A DNA stretch of 64,000 nt from IMG/VR virus record IMGVR_UViG_3300038427_000078; one strand, given 5' to 3'. A program made the position numbers and the translations under genes. The notes under the pieces were generated by a model. That model searched no databases, was not told the origin of the DNA, and worked only from the letters and a program-made list of their open reading frames with translations. Each line of letters opens with the position of its first letter. Position 1 is the first letter of the stretch. Source of the DNA: a virus. Below are positions 13,875-23,451 of the stretch, piece after piece.

Positions 13875-14354
13875 ATGAAAACCACGAACAAGATGAGCCT
13901 CCGCGTCTGGACGAATCTGGATGACGACTTCGCCCACGAACAGCTAGCGGACAATTGGGCCAAGCTCGATGCTCACGATCACACCAACGGGCGTGGTGTT
14001 CAGATCCCGACCGAAGGTATCTCCGATGAAGCGATCACCTTCGAACTTCTGGCCGAGGAATTGCGGGAACGCCTGTTCGCGGCGACCGAGGAATGGTCCC
14101 TCGCCTTCACCGAACTCAAACCGGGCAAACCAGTCACCGCTACGGCTAGGACAAACGTTCTGGCGACGATAGACCTGACTGCCGAAGTCGAACTCGTAAT
14201 CTTCGTGGGAGGCAACGAACTCACCCGGTTGGCCCAGCCTTCGGGCGTCTTCCCGATCAGTTTCTTCGTGCCGAAAGGTGTGGCATGGGAATGGGGCATT
14301 GTCTCTGGCGAAGAAGAACACGTCAAATTCACCTACAAGCAGGTTGAACTATGA
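13875..14354 (+). CDS. putative tail fibre-associated protein
   Basis: N-terminus (W..DDF.H..LADN..K.D.H.H) paralogous to 14351-15505. Confidence 0.55.
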   Translation: MKTTNKMSLRVWTNLDDDFAHEQLADNWAKLDAHDHTNGRGVQIPTEGISDEAITFELLAEELRERLFAATEEWSLAFTELKPGKPVTATARTNVLATIDLTAEVELVIFVGGNELTRLAQPSGVFPISFFVPKGVAWEWGIVSGEEEHVKFTYKQVEL

Positions 14355-15505
14355 TCACGACCGAACACATGGGCCTAGTGCTGTGGGACTTGGAGAAGGA
14401 CGACTTCGAACATTCCAAGCTCGCGGACAACTTCGTCAAAATCGACCAGCACAACCACGCGGGCCTAGTCCTCGAAGGCAAATACAAGAACGAAGACACG
14501 GAAGAAGCCGAAAAAGAAACTCCGGGTCCATCTTCTGACATCCTCAACTACGCCGAAGACAACGCCGATGTCGCCAAGTGGGAAGCGGTAGGCGACGGCG
14601 AGGCCATCCGCACGCCAGAGGTCGCATCCCCGACCGACACGGCCATCAAGCCGGAAAGCATCTGGCGCTACCTCCTAGCCCTGCGCTCAGTCGGTCATCG
14701 TCAGCTTGATGTCAACGGCGTGTGGCCGGAAAACATCAAGGACGAAGCGGTCGAACGTCGTCACATCAAGAAAAAAGCCATCTGCACGCCGCAGATCGAA
14801 GAAGGCTGCATCACTGGTCCGCTGCTTGAGCAAGGACTCCTGCCGTTGGGCATGGTAGTGGCCTGGTACAAATCACCTGCCGAACCGACACCGGGATCCA
14901 AATGGGCTGTCTGCGAAGGACAGGAATGGAAAACGGTTGCCAACGAACTCGGTGCATCTTACGCCAAGCTCGAAGCGGGCAACATCCCGAACTTGGTTGA
15001 CAAGTTCATCCGTGGATCCAAAACGTCGGGCATCGGTGAAACGGGCGGTCAGAGCACTCTCGACCTAGAACACTCGCACACCGTGGATGGGCATGTTCAC
15101 ACGATCAACGGCCACTCTCACACAGTCGAAGCTCACACGCACACGATTTCGAGCTACACGCACAAACACAACTTCCACGGAGCCAGCATCACATCCCGCG
15201 AAAACGCCTTCACCGATGGGCGTAGGTTCTCTGACTTCAAGGACAACGGTATTCCGATTGGAGAAGGTGCTCCGACTGAAAACACCCTACAGTCTCTCTA
15301 CGTAGGCGGACAGACCAACGAAGAACTTCCGATGTCTGAAAACACCCACAACCACGGAGGCGCTACGGGATCCGCATCACCGGGCACCAGCACTGTCGGG
15401 CTGACCTCGAACGTCACGGCTCCGGGCACGAACAACGCGCTCGAAACGTACAACATCGAACCGCCGTGGTACGGCCTTTGCTACATCATCAAGGTCAAGC
15501 GGTAA
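14351..15505 (+). CDS. tail fibre / tail-collar protein
   Basis: LPLGMVVAW..WAVCEG..IPNLVDKFIRG collar motif; HxH repeats; NIEPPWYGLCYIIKV end. Confidence 0.8.
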   Translation: MITTEHMGLVLWDLEKDDFEHSKLADNFVKIDQHNHAGLVLEGKYKNEDTEEAEKETPGPSSDILNYAEDNADVAKWEAVGDGEAIRTPEVASPTDTAIKPESIWRYLLALRSVGHRQLDVNGVWPENIKDEAVERRHIKKKAICTPQIEEGCITGPLLEQGLLPLGMVVAWYKSPAEPTPGSKWAVCEGQEWKTVANELGASYAKLEAGNIPNLVDKFIRGSKTSGIGETGGQSTLDLEHSHTVDGHVHTINGHSHTVEAHTHTISSYTHKHNFHGASITSRENAFTDGRRFSDFKDNGIPIGEGAPTENTLQSLYVGGQTNEELPMSENTHNHGGATGSASPGTSTVGLTSNVTAPGTNNALETYNIEPPWYGLCYIIKVKR

Positions 15506-15624
15506 AATGGCCTTCTCCCGTACGTGAATAAGTGGACCGAACGTAGTTAGTAGGGCGTCGGTAGACAGCCCGAAACCCAAGCTAGTAGGCCCATCAACCA
15601 TCGAATCACAAAGGAACTACCAAC

Positions 15625-16296
15625 ATGCCAGGACCATACGTAGGCGTTCGAGCGATTTCTCGCTCACAGAACGTCAGAATCGCAGGACAGAAGGTCACCG
15701 AGAACGTCACCACGTACGTTGACCTCAACCCGGAAACCACCGGAACCTACCCTCGCGCTTACCCGCCAGTCAAAGAGCTTCGCTCCCACTTGGCAATCGG
15801 CGCGATCATCGTCGTTGAGCCGCTAACCTGGACAACCTCAGATTGGGCGGTTCAGAGTGGGCTTGTCGTCACATCTAGCGCACTTGCTGCCAAAAAAACC
15901 AAAGTCGTCGTTTCGCCAGGTGACGTTGAGCAGCGCAGCACGGGGCTAGTCGCCGCAAGCACGGGCAAAGCGTCAACGGAATACACAACCGTAGTCGAAG
16001 GCAAAGAACGCATCGACATCTTCACGGTTGCTTACACCAACGACGAATCTGGTGCTTCGAAAGAGAAAGAAGGCACCGCTGCCGTAACGGGTAAAGCTGT
16101 TCAGCCGGAAACGGAAGAAGAGGAAAAACTCGTCACATACGCGAAAGAACTCGAAAAAGCGGAAATCACTCAGAAAGAATACAACGAAAAAGTTGCTGTT
16201 CTTCCGAAGGAACTGGTCATCGCCACCATCACGTACAGCTACCCGACTGGTGGATCCGAAGAACGACCTGTGGTAACTCCGCAGAACCGCGCCTGA
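15625..16296 (+). CDS. putative virion structural protein
   Basis: strong RBS aaagga; lies in the structural block. Confidence 0.5.
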   Translation: MPGPYVGVRAISRSQNVRIAGQKVTENVTTYVDLNPETTGTYPRAYPPVKELRSHLAIGAIIVVEPLTWTTSDWAVQSGLVVTSSALAAKKTKVVVSPGDVEQRSTGLVAASTGKASTEYTTVVEGKERIDIFTVAYTNDESGASKEKEGTAAVTGKAVQPETEEEEKLVTYAKELEKAEITQKEYNEKVAVLPKELVIATITYSYPTGGSEERPVVTPQNRA

Positions 16297-16313
16297 TTCA
16301 CCGCCGCATTCAA

Positions 16314-16341
16314 GGGGAGCGTCCATATTGGGCGCTCCTCT
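16314..16341 (+). terminator. hairpin, probable terminator
   Basis: ggggagcgtcc/gggcgctcct stem. Confidence 0.5.
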
Positions 16342-16357
16342 GCTATAATCAGTAGAT

Positions 16358-16843
16358 ATGACTACACCTACCTCACCCGATCTTCCGACCGACGATCTGG
16401 TCAAGTCGAAGCAGGAGTACGCCGATCTGCTTACCCAGGACATGACGGACGACGAAATCAGCAAATCGTTCGACATCATGCTCCCGATCATCAAGAAGTG
16501 GCAAGAGCGATTCATCCGTCGCGCTGAGAGTTACGCGAACGTCGAAGCTGCGATGGAAGACGTGAACAGGTTCGAGGACGAGTTGAAGTATGAACTTGCC
16601 ACGAAGCTCAAGATTTACGCCACCGTCGATGTGCTACCTTTGCTCGAAGGCAAGCCTCCGGTGATCGTGATCCAGGGTCCACTAGAGGACCACATCATCC
16701 ACAAGTACGGCTTTGACCATGAGAAGAAGGGTTACGAGGTAACCCACGCAACACGCAACGACGAAGCCTATCTTGGGGAGAAGCCGAAACACAAACGGAA
16801 GAAGAATGAAGCTCCTCGACCAAGTAGAAAACCTGCTACTTGA
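16358..16843 (+). CDS. hypothetical protein upstream of the terminase
   Basis: long ORF; tgcTATAAT leaderless start. Confidence 0.7.
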   Translation: MTTPTSPDLPTDDLVKSKQEYADLLTQDMTDDEISKSFDIMLPIIKKWQERFIRRAESYANVEAAMEDVNRFEDELKYELATKLKIYATVDVLPLLEGKPPVIVIQGPLEDHIIHKYGFDHEKKGYEVTHATRNDEAYLGEKPKHKRKKNEAPRPSRKPAT

Positions 16844-16886
16844 TCAGCAGCTAGAAAAGTAGCTTCTCCTCCGTCGTAATGGACGG

Positions 16887-17399
16887 ATGCCCCGTGATCG
16901 TATCAGACAAGAGTATTGCGCCAAGGGACATCTGCTTTCCGAGACAGCCCATGTCCGCGAGAACGGCAAGCGTAGCTGTAGCGTATGTCAGAAAGAACGA
17001 CGAGAGGAACTAAAGGAACGTCCCAAGATTTTCCTAGCAGAAAAGCGATGCGGTCGTTGCGAGGTTCCGAAGCCCCTGAACGAGTTCTATCGTGATGCTT
17101 CCAAGCCTGACGGCGTTGGTTATTACTGCAAGGTGTGTGAACGATGGATCAAACTGCTCTACAACTACGGTGTGACCGAGGAGGAATACAACGCCCTTTA
17201 CGCGAAACAAGGTGGGTGTTGCGCCATCTGTGGGCACTGTCCTGTCCCGCCAGAACCGTTCTTGGTAGTGGATCACGTTCACGATACCGAGGTCGTGCGC
17301 GGACTGCTATGCGGAACCTGCAACACAGGACTTGGGATGTTGAAAGAGAACCCCGAGATTGTCGAGAAGGCATTGGAGTATCTGTATGAAGCTGCTTGA
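16887..17399 (+). CDS. endonuclease VII-like homing endonuclease
   Basis: QGGCCAIC...VVDHVH...VRGLLCGTCNTGLG. Confidence 0.9.
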   Translation: MPRDRIRQEYCAKGHLLSETAHVRENGKRSCSVCQKERREELKERPKIFLAEKRCGRCEVPKPLNEFYRDASKPDGVGYYCKVCERWIKLLYNYGVTEEEYNALYAKQGGCCAICGHCPVPPEPFLVVDHVHDTEVVRGLLCGTCNTGLGMLKENPEIVEKALEYLYEAA

Positions 17400-19527
17400 C
17401 CAGGTGGAAAATTCCCTAGCGCCTAAGCACATCAGCATCATTGAGTTCGCTGAATCGTCAGACTACTGCGGCAAGACCCTCTATCCTCGGCAGGCCGTTC
17501 TTCTCAAGCTGCTCAACCTTGAGGAGCTAACAGGCGAGGAGGAGGACGTACTCGACTACTGGCTCAAGGGCGGGCGTAACGGTACCGAGATTGAGATTTC
17601 GCCCAATGTGCGCGAGCGTGTCGAATGGCTCCGCGAGAACGACTACCCGCACTTCCGCGAGGCTATCCTCGTCGGGGGTCGCCGTAGCTCCAAGGGATTC
17701 TGCACCGGCATCCAGATGGCGTACGTCATGTGGAACTGCTTGCAGTTGCAGGATCCTGGCGCGTACTACGGCATCGACCCGGAGAAGGAAATCTACTTCT
17801 CCTGTGTCGCCGGTTCCGAGGAACAGGCGAAGGAGTTCCAGTACGCCGACTTTTCGTCAACCGTGACGACGTGCAAGTCCTTCGACCCGTACATCATCAA
17901 GTCCCTAGAGACTGAGCTTCGCATCGCCACCGAGACTGACCTCCGTCGCATTCACACGGAGAAGGCCAAGGGGAACCGCATCCAGAAGGACATCGCTCGA
18001 CTTCGAGGCAAGGCTCTTGCCGCGAACGCCGGTACGCTGCGTGGATCAGCTACCATGGCTATCTGCATAGACGAGATGGCGCACATGATCCCCGGTGAGT
18101 CGAAGGCTGCCGCTGATCAGGTCTACAACGCCGCCGACCCGTCCCTCGACCAGTTCGGCGTAGACGGCATGATGTTCTGCAACTCAAGCCCGTACTCCAA
18201 GGTGGGTATGTTCTTCGACCGCTTCGAAGCGGCAAAGGTGAAGTTCGATCCTGACCGTCCGCTAGATGACGTTGTAGTCGTGGGTGAGGAGGGTGACATC
18301 GATATTCATGAACTCAATGGCGACCCGCGTATCTTCACCTTGCAGTTCGCGTCATGGTCGCTCTTCGAGGGTTACCAGAAGTCGAAGCACGCCAAGCGCC
18401 TCAAATGGACCCTCATGGCTTGCCCGGAGTGGGACGAGGACGAGAAGAACGAGGACGGCACTCCGTACTGGAACGACAAAGACATCACCGCGATCAAGGC
18501 CGCACGTTCCAAGGAGAAACAGAACCCGGAGACATACAAAGTCGAGCGTCGTGGCAAATTCGCAGAGGTCACCGAAGCGTACATCCCAGGTGGCGTCGTG
18601 GACAAAATGTTCGCGGGCCTCCCTATCGAATGGGTATCGAAGATGAACCCACGCACGCATGAGCAGGGACCGCTCGAACCTGTGTACGCGGAGTTGGCAA
18701 CGAATGACATGGGCCGCGTGGGTGAGTACGGCAGGCACAAGTTCCACATCGATCCGTCATCCACCACCGCTGGATTCGGCTTCGCCATCGCGCATCCGGA
18801 GAACATCGTCAACGGGGCCACAATGGTCGAGGAGGAACACGTTGTCTTCGATGTCATCCAGCGCTGGCAGCCGCAGCACTTCGCGGGCAAAGTCATCGAC
18901 TGGCACATCGTGCTCCCTGAACTCGTAGGCTTCGCGGAACTCTTCCGCCCGTTCGAGATTACCTTCGGCCAGCATGAGTCGCTACAGGCGATGCAGGAAC
19001 TCGATGAAAAACTCCGCCAGAAAAACTACGGCACGCGCATCTTCCAGTCCAAAGAGACAGCGGAGCTAAACTGGAAGCGTTGGGAGGTCACCAAGACCTC
19101 GATGTACTCTGGCTACGTCCACGCGCCGAAAGACACCGAGGATGCCAAGTTCGCTGCTCTTGAGTTGAAGTTCTTGCAGAAGCAGGCAGGCGCAGGGCGC
19201 TGGCCTCGCATCGACAAGCAGGAAATGGGTCCGGTCCAGACGAAGGATATGGCGGACTGTATAGCCGAGTGTGTGTCCACATTGATAGGCAATCAGATAG
19301 CGAACCGCACCCGTGACCGATTGACCCACTCGGCCCTATTGGGCGGCTCTCCGGGCGGCTACCAGATCGGCCTCGGCAGCAACCCAGCAGTGGGCGGAGC
19401 CGGTCCTCCGAACATCTCCGAGTATTACTCCCGCCGTGATGAGAAGATCGGCGGCGGAGGCAATCCGGCCCGAGGAGTGCTGGGAGGCGGCAGGAACCGC
19501 CGCAACCGGAACAAGGCAAGATGGTAA
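17386..19527 (+). CDS. terL: terminase large subunit
   Basis: Walker A VGGRRSSKG, Walker B ICIDEMAH, NSSP coupling motif, nuclease HIDPS...KDMADC. Confidence 0.88.
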   Translation: MKLLDQVENSLAPKHISIIEFAESSDYCGKTLYPRQAVLLKLLNLEELTGEEEDVLDYWLKGGRNGTEIEISPNVRERVEWLRENDYPHFREAILVGGRRSSKGFCTGIQMAYVMWNCLQLQDPGAYYGIDPEKEIYFSCVAGSEEQAKEFQYADFSSTVTTCKSFDPYIIKSLETELRIATETDLRRIHTEKAKGNRIQKDIARLRGKALAANAGTLRGSATMAICIDEMAHMIPGESKAAADQVYNAADPSLDQFGVDGMMFCNSSPYSKVGMFFDRFEAAKVKFDPDRPLDDVVVVGEEGDIDIHELNGDPRIFTLQFASWSLFEGYQKSKHAKRLKWTLMACPEWDEDEKNEDGTPYWNDKDITAIKAARSKEKQNPETYKVERRGKFAEVTEAYIPGGVVDKMFAGLPIEWVSKMNPRTHEQGPLEPVYAELATNDMGRVGEYGRHKFHIDPSSTTAGFGFAIAHPENIVNGATMVEEEHVVFDVIQRWQPQHFAGKVIDWHIVLPELVGFAELFRPFEITFGQHESLQAMQELDEKLRQKNYGTRIFQSKETAELNWKRWEVTKTSMYSGYVHAPKDTEDAKFAALELKFLQKQAGAGRWPRIDKQEMGPVQTKDMADCIAECVSTLIGNQIANRTRDRLTHSALLGGSPGGYQIGLGSNPAVGGAGPPNISEYYSRRDEKIGGGGNPARGVLGGGRNRRNRNKARW

Positions 19528-19566
19528 GACACGTACTTTAGAGTTGGATCGGGCCGATAACAACTG

Positions 19567-20583
19567 ATGAGACTTTCCGCCACCTACGTATATGAGGGTG
19601 ACACGATCTTTGCCTTTCACGGCAACACCCTGATCACGCACGGAACAGAACACAGCGCAGTCGAGCAGACGGCTGTTGACTACCTCAACAACCTTGTCAA
19701 GAAGGACAAGGAGGACGACAACGCAACCGAGGTCAAGAGTGCCCGCTTCATCGAAACCCCGAATGGGCTGAAAGGCGAAATCCTTGGCAACGTCAAGGGC
19801 CTTTGGGATGACGAGATTACGGTGCGTTGGGAGAACGGTCGTATCGCCAAGTACGATACACGTCTTGAGGGCAAGTACACCAAGACCGCAGGCACCGGCG
19901 AGCCGGAAAGCGCTCTCGACTACCTCACCAAGACTCTCGACGCCGACTACGGTCGCGACAAGACCTCGCTATCTGCTAGGCTCCATGATCTAGACGGCGT
20001 TGTCGCCAAGGTCGCCGCTATCGTGGGCACCGATGAGCTACCGGCAGCCGACGCAAGGCGGCTTGACGGCATCGCTCTCGCAGCAGAGCATGAGCAGAAC
20101 GAAATCCGCGAGGCGCTTGCCCACTTGGAGCAGGCGGACTACGAATCCTTCATCCCGGTCGAGCCGTTCAAGGCTTCGGCTGTCGAGCAGGCTTCTCTCG
20201 GCCAGGGCGCTTACAACGAGCGCGTGGGTCGTGGTGGTAGCTGGCTGGACGAGACAATCGATGACATGATCCGCGAAGCAGACTCCACAGACTTCGACCG
20301 TCTACTCCTAGAGGGTCCGGGACAGTTCGTGGTGGACGTTGACACGGCGGCACTTGCCGACCAGGGCGTCACTGCACAGCTAGCACAGACCTTCATCGAG
20401 AGCAAGACCGCTGGTCTTGTTGGTGAGGCTGTCGAAGACTATCGCAAGCAGTTCCTCGCCAAAGCGGAGATTGCTCGTCGCCAAGAGCTACTAGAGCGCC
20501 AGCGCACAGCCCGTGTCGCAGCAGAGAAGCAAGTAGAGCAGGAGAAGAGCGACAACCTCCCCGACGAGTCGCTGTTCATGTGA
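19567..20583 (+). CDS. putative head-associated protein
   Basis: between terminase and portal; KTA/RTA motifs. Confidence 0.55.
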   Translation: MRLSATYVYEGDTIFAFHGNTLITHGTEHSAVEQTAVDYLNNLVKKDKEDDNATEVKSARFIETPNGLKGEILGNVKGLWDDEITVRWENGRIAKYDTRLEGKYTKTAGTGEPESALDYLTKTLDADYGRDKTSLSARLHDLDGVVAKVAAIVGTDELPAADARRLDGIALAAEHEQNEIREALAHLEQADYESFIPVEPFKASAVEQASLGQGAYNERVGRGGSWLDETIDDMIREADSTDFDRLLLEGPGQFVVDVDTAALADQGVTAQLAQTFIESKTAGLVGEAVEDYRKQFLAKAEIARRQELLERQRTARVAAEKQVEQEKSDNLPDESLFM

Positions 20584-22337
20584 TGAGTGACTTTGACTAC
20601 AACGGATACGGACTCTTCGAGTCACTAGCCTCAGATCAGCAGGAGGAGCGTCGAGCACAGCGCAAGGCGCTTGTCACTGCGTCTGCCCGAGTTGAGAACA
20701 CCCTCGGATCCTGGCTCAAGGCAGCCTCTAGCGGTCCCGAATTCGATGAGCGTTACTCGCTCGTCCAGCAGGAGTTCATCTCAACGATCCGCGAGGCCGC
20801 TGAGGAGTTCGGCGTTCCACATGCCCCCGTCGCCAACACCATCTTCTCTCACTACCGCACCGCAGCTTACAAGCTAGCTGACAAGGACGAGGACGAGGAG
20901 GACGAGAAGTCACTCAAGGAGGCTCCTGAGCCTGTCGAGAGCGAGAAAGACGAGGAGGACGACGATGACGACATGTCAGATTGGCACTCCGAGTCATCTG
21001 TCAAGACCGCTGGTCACTGCAAGGAGTGCGCTGGTAAGGGCTGTTGCCCAGCCGATTGCGACTGCACCGATTGCTCTTGCTGCGGGGGTAAGCAGAGTTC
21101 TTTTTTAGCTGAGGCTGATACCCGGACCGCCGATGGTGGCGAGAAGGGACAGTGCTCAGAGTGCGAGAACGAGGGCTTCCTCAAGGGAGGCGTCTGCGGA
21201 CCGTGCCGTGGCAAGAAACTAGAGGAGCGTGAGTCCAAGGACAAGGAGCACTGGATCCAGGATGCAGTGAAGAAGCCTGGTGACCTCCATCGCAAGCTCC
21301 ACGTACCCGAGGGCGAGAAGATCCCTGAGTCGGAGATTGAGCACGCCGAGGAGACTGGCGACAAGGATCTGAAAGAGAAAGCGCAGTTCGCAGAGAACGT
21401 GCGCAAAGGCCACATCCGTTGGGCAGCCAAGGAGAGCTTCTACCCAGGCGGCTACGGCAACTCTGACCAGGAACTCGCGTACCTTGACTCCGAGCAGCCG
21501 ATCAACTACGACGACGGCTCAATGGAGGGCGACCACCTATCGGGTCGTCACTACGAGAGCGGTCCCGTTCCGGGTTGCCCATGGTGCGAGAACCCTGGAC
21601 CGGCATGGCACAGCCAGGAGGCAGAACGCTATGACCCGCACGGTGACTACGACCCGCACGAAGGTCGCGTTGCTGCCGAGGGCGCTGACGCCGACGATTC
21701 GTACGAGAAACCAGATCAGTCACTAGGCGAGGGATCAGAAGCCGAGGGCAATTCCGGTCTATCTGACAAAGCATCGCCGGTTATCGACAAGGGCGAGGCC
21801 CGCAAAGACGGTGACACAGGTTGGAGCCTAGAGTCCGTTGACCCGCCGAGCAAGAAGCACCCGACCGTCCACATGGACCCGACCGTGGTCCTCCCGCGCG
21901 AGAACATCAAAACGACAGTGAAGGATCAGGTCAAGGGCATCGGTGAGTCAGTCACCGAGAGTCAGGAGCTACCGACCTCAACGAACTTCGATGACGCAGG
22001 CTTCGCAGGCCCGAACCAGGAGCAGGCTCCGCACACAGACCAGTGGGGCAACGACGGCCAGGTCGAGCCGGTCACCAACACAGCGCTAGCTAAGCAGCGC
22101 TGGGCAGCCGCCTTTCCTTTGGACCCCAACGCCCCGAGCGGGCGTGACCCTCGCGCACCGCGAGTGGATCCTGCGGCTCCGCCCCGCCCCGAGGATTGCC
22201 CGAACTGCCGAGGCGCAGGATGCGAGTGGTGCCACGGCATCGGAGCCGCTACTCTAGAGCGCGACCTGCCTCCGGGCATTCGTGCCCAGGACGCTACTCC
22301 GGGCGGCGTGACTTTCCCCGCTGAGTGGGTGCAGTAA
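20583..22337 (+). CDS. acidic multidomain putative internal head protein with Zn ribbons
   Basis: WIQDAVKKPGDLH module, CxxC repeats, repeated [KR]xA motifs. Confidence 0.55.
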   Translation: MSDFDYNGYGLFESLASDQQEERRAQRKALVTASARVENTLGSWLKAASSGPEFDERYSLVQQEFISTIREAAEEFGVPHAPVANTIFSHYRTAAYKLADKDEDEEDEKSLKEAPEPVESEKDEEDDDDDMSDWHSESSVKTAGHCKECAGKGCCPADCDCTDCSCCGGKQSSFLAEADTRTADGGEKGQCSECENEGFLKGGVCGPCRGKKLEERESKDKEHWIQDAVKKPGDLHRKLHVPEGEKIPESEIEHAEETGDKDLKEKAQFAENVRKGHIRWAAKESFYPGGYGNSDQELAYLDSEQPINYDDGSMEGDHLSGRHYESGPVPGCPWCENPGPAWHSQEAERYDPHGDYDPHEGRVAAEGADADDSYEKPDQSLGEGSEAEGNSGLSDKASPVIDKGEARKDGDTGWSLESVDPPSKKHPTVHMDPTVVLPRENIKTTVKDQVKGIGESVTESQELPTSTNFDDAGFAGPNQEQAPHTDQWGNDGQVEPVTNTALAKQRWAAAFPLDPNAPSGRDPRAPRVDPAAPPRPEDCPNCRGAGCEWCHGIGAATLERDLPPGIRAQDATPGGVTFPAEWVQ

Positions 22338-23407
22338 TGCCTCGCCGCTTCGTGAAGGAGGCGGCTCCGGTCTTCCCTACCGGGTACGCACCACATGAAC
22401 TAGAGGAACAGCGCCAGGGTGTTCCACCTGGCGGTGCTCTACCTGCTAAGGAGGATAACCCATGGGGCCAGGTCTACCCGTGCCCCGACTGTGGACAGCC
22501 GGTGCGTCATGACTTCCAGCAGTGCCCGAACTGCGGTAAGGAATCTGTACCTCCCGCTCAGCCAGGAGGACTACCTTCGATTTGGGGTGGTAAGCGCAAG
22601 GACGAGACTGAGGAGGAGGCAGAGGTCGAGAAGGACCAGGATCCGCAGGACAGCGTTCTCGACGCGCTCGAAAAGGGTAACGATCCTTCGTACGAGAAGA
22701 AGAGCTACGGAGAGCTTCCAGAACGCGGACCCGAACGTCGCGTGGAACCCGAGCGTCGTGTTCCTTGGACAGACGAGGACGAGGCCAACCATCAGCGCGA
22801 GCTAGAAGAACGCAAGAACATGGGCTACAGCACCACGGAGATTCAGCGCGTCCTTCGCGCCGAGCAGGACCGTCGCCAGCAGCAGGACCGCCGACTCAAC
22901 GACATGTCTCCGATTCAGTGCCCCGAGTGTCGAGCGGGCACGCTACAGGGACCGGCCTGCAACAACTGCGGCATCACCACTGAGGAAATTCTGAGCAAAC
23001 CAACCTCCCGCGAAGCCGATGTGTCAACCCCGCCTGGTACCACTGTACCGCCCGCCGAAGGTGGTCCGTCAACGCCTCCGAACGCGGTAGAGGGTGAGGG
23101 ATTGGTACCACAGCATCCAGTTGCGGAACCCTTCGTGGGCTATCAGGGAGCCGAGACAGGCAACCCGGCCATTGACGAACAGTTGCAGTACGCGGTGCAG
23201 CAGGGTGCAACACCAGAAGAGGTTCGGCAGAAAGCTGCGGAGCAGGGTCAGCAGGCTCTACAGCAGCAGCATCAGCAGGGCTGGACTCCACAGAACATGT
23301 ATCAGCTAGCCAGCGCCGAGAATCCGCTAGCTGACATCCTCACACAGTACACCCACGGCTTCGTTTCACAGGCCCGTGTGGACCAAGTACGTAAGCTGCT
23401 ATCCTAA
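22337..23407 (+). CDS. Zn-ribbon, Pro/Gln-rich putative head protein
   Basis: CPDC/CPNC/CPEC motifs; TAATG coupling. Confidence 0.55.
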   Translation: MPRRFVKEAAPVFPTGYAPHELEEQRQGVPPGGALPAKEDNPWGQVYPCPDCGQPVRHDFQQCPNCGKESVPPAQPGGLPSIWGGKRKDETEEEAEVEKDQDPQDSVLDALEKGNDPSYEKKSYGELPERGPERRVEPERRVPWTDEDEANHQRELEERKNMGYSTTEIQRVLRAEQDRRQQQDRRLNDMSPIQCPECRAGTLQGPACNNCGITTEEILSKPTSREADVSTPPGTTVPPAEGGPSTPPNAVEGEGLVPQHPVAEPFVGYQGAETGNPAIDEQLQYAVQQGATPEEVRQKAAEQGQQALQQQHQQGWTPQNMYQLASAENPLADILTQYTHGFVSQARVDQVRKLLS

Positions 23408-23451
23408 TAGGGAAGGCTCCAAGTGGGGTCAAATCAACGACGTAAGTATTG

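Noticed and set aside
17386-19527. Intein in the long terminase
   Set aside because: No C/S...HN-C/S/T splice motifs or embedded LAGLIDADG blocks
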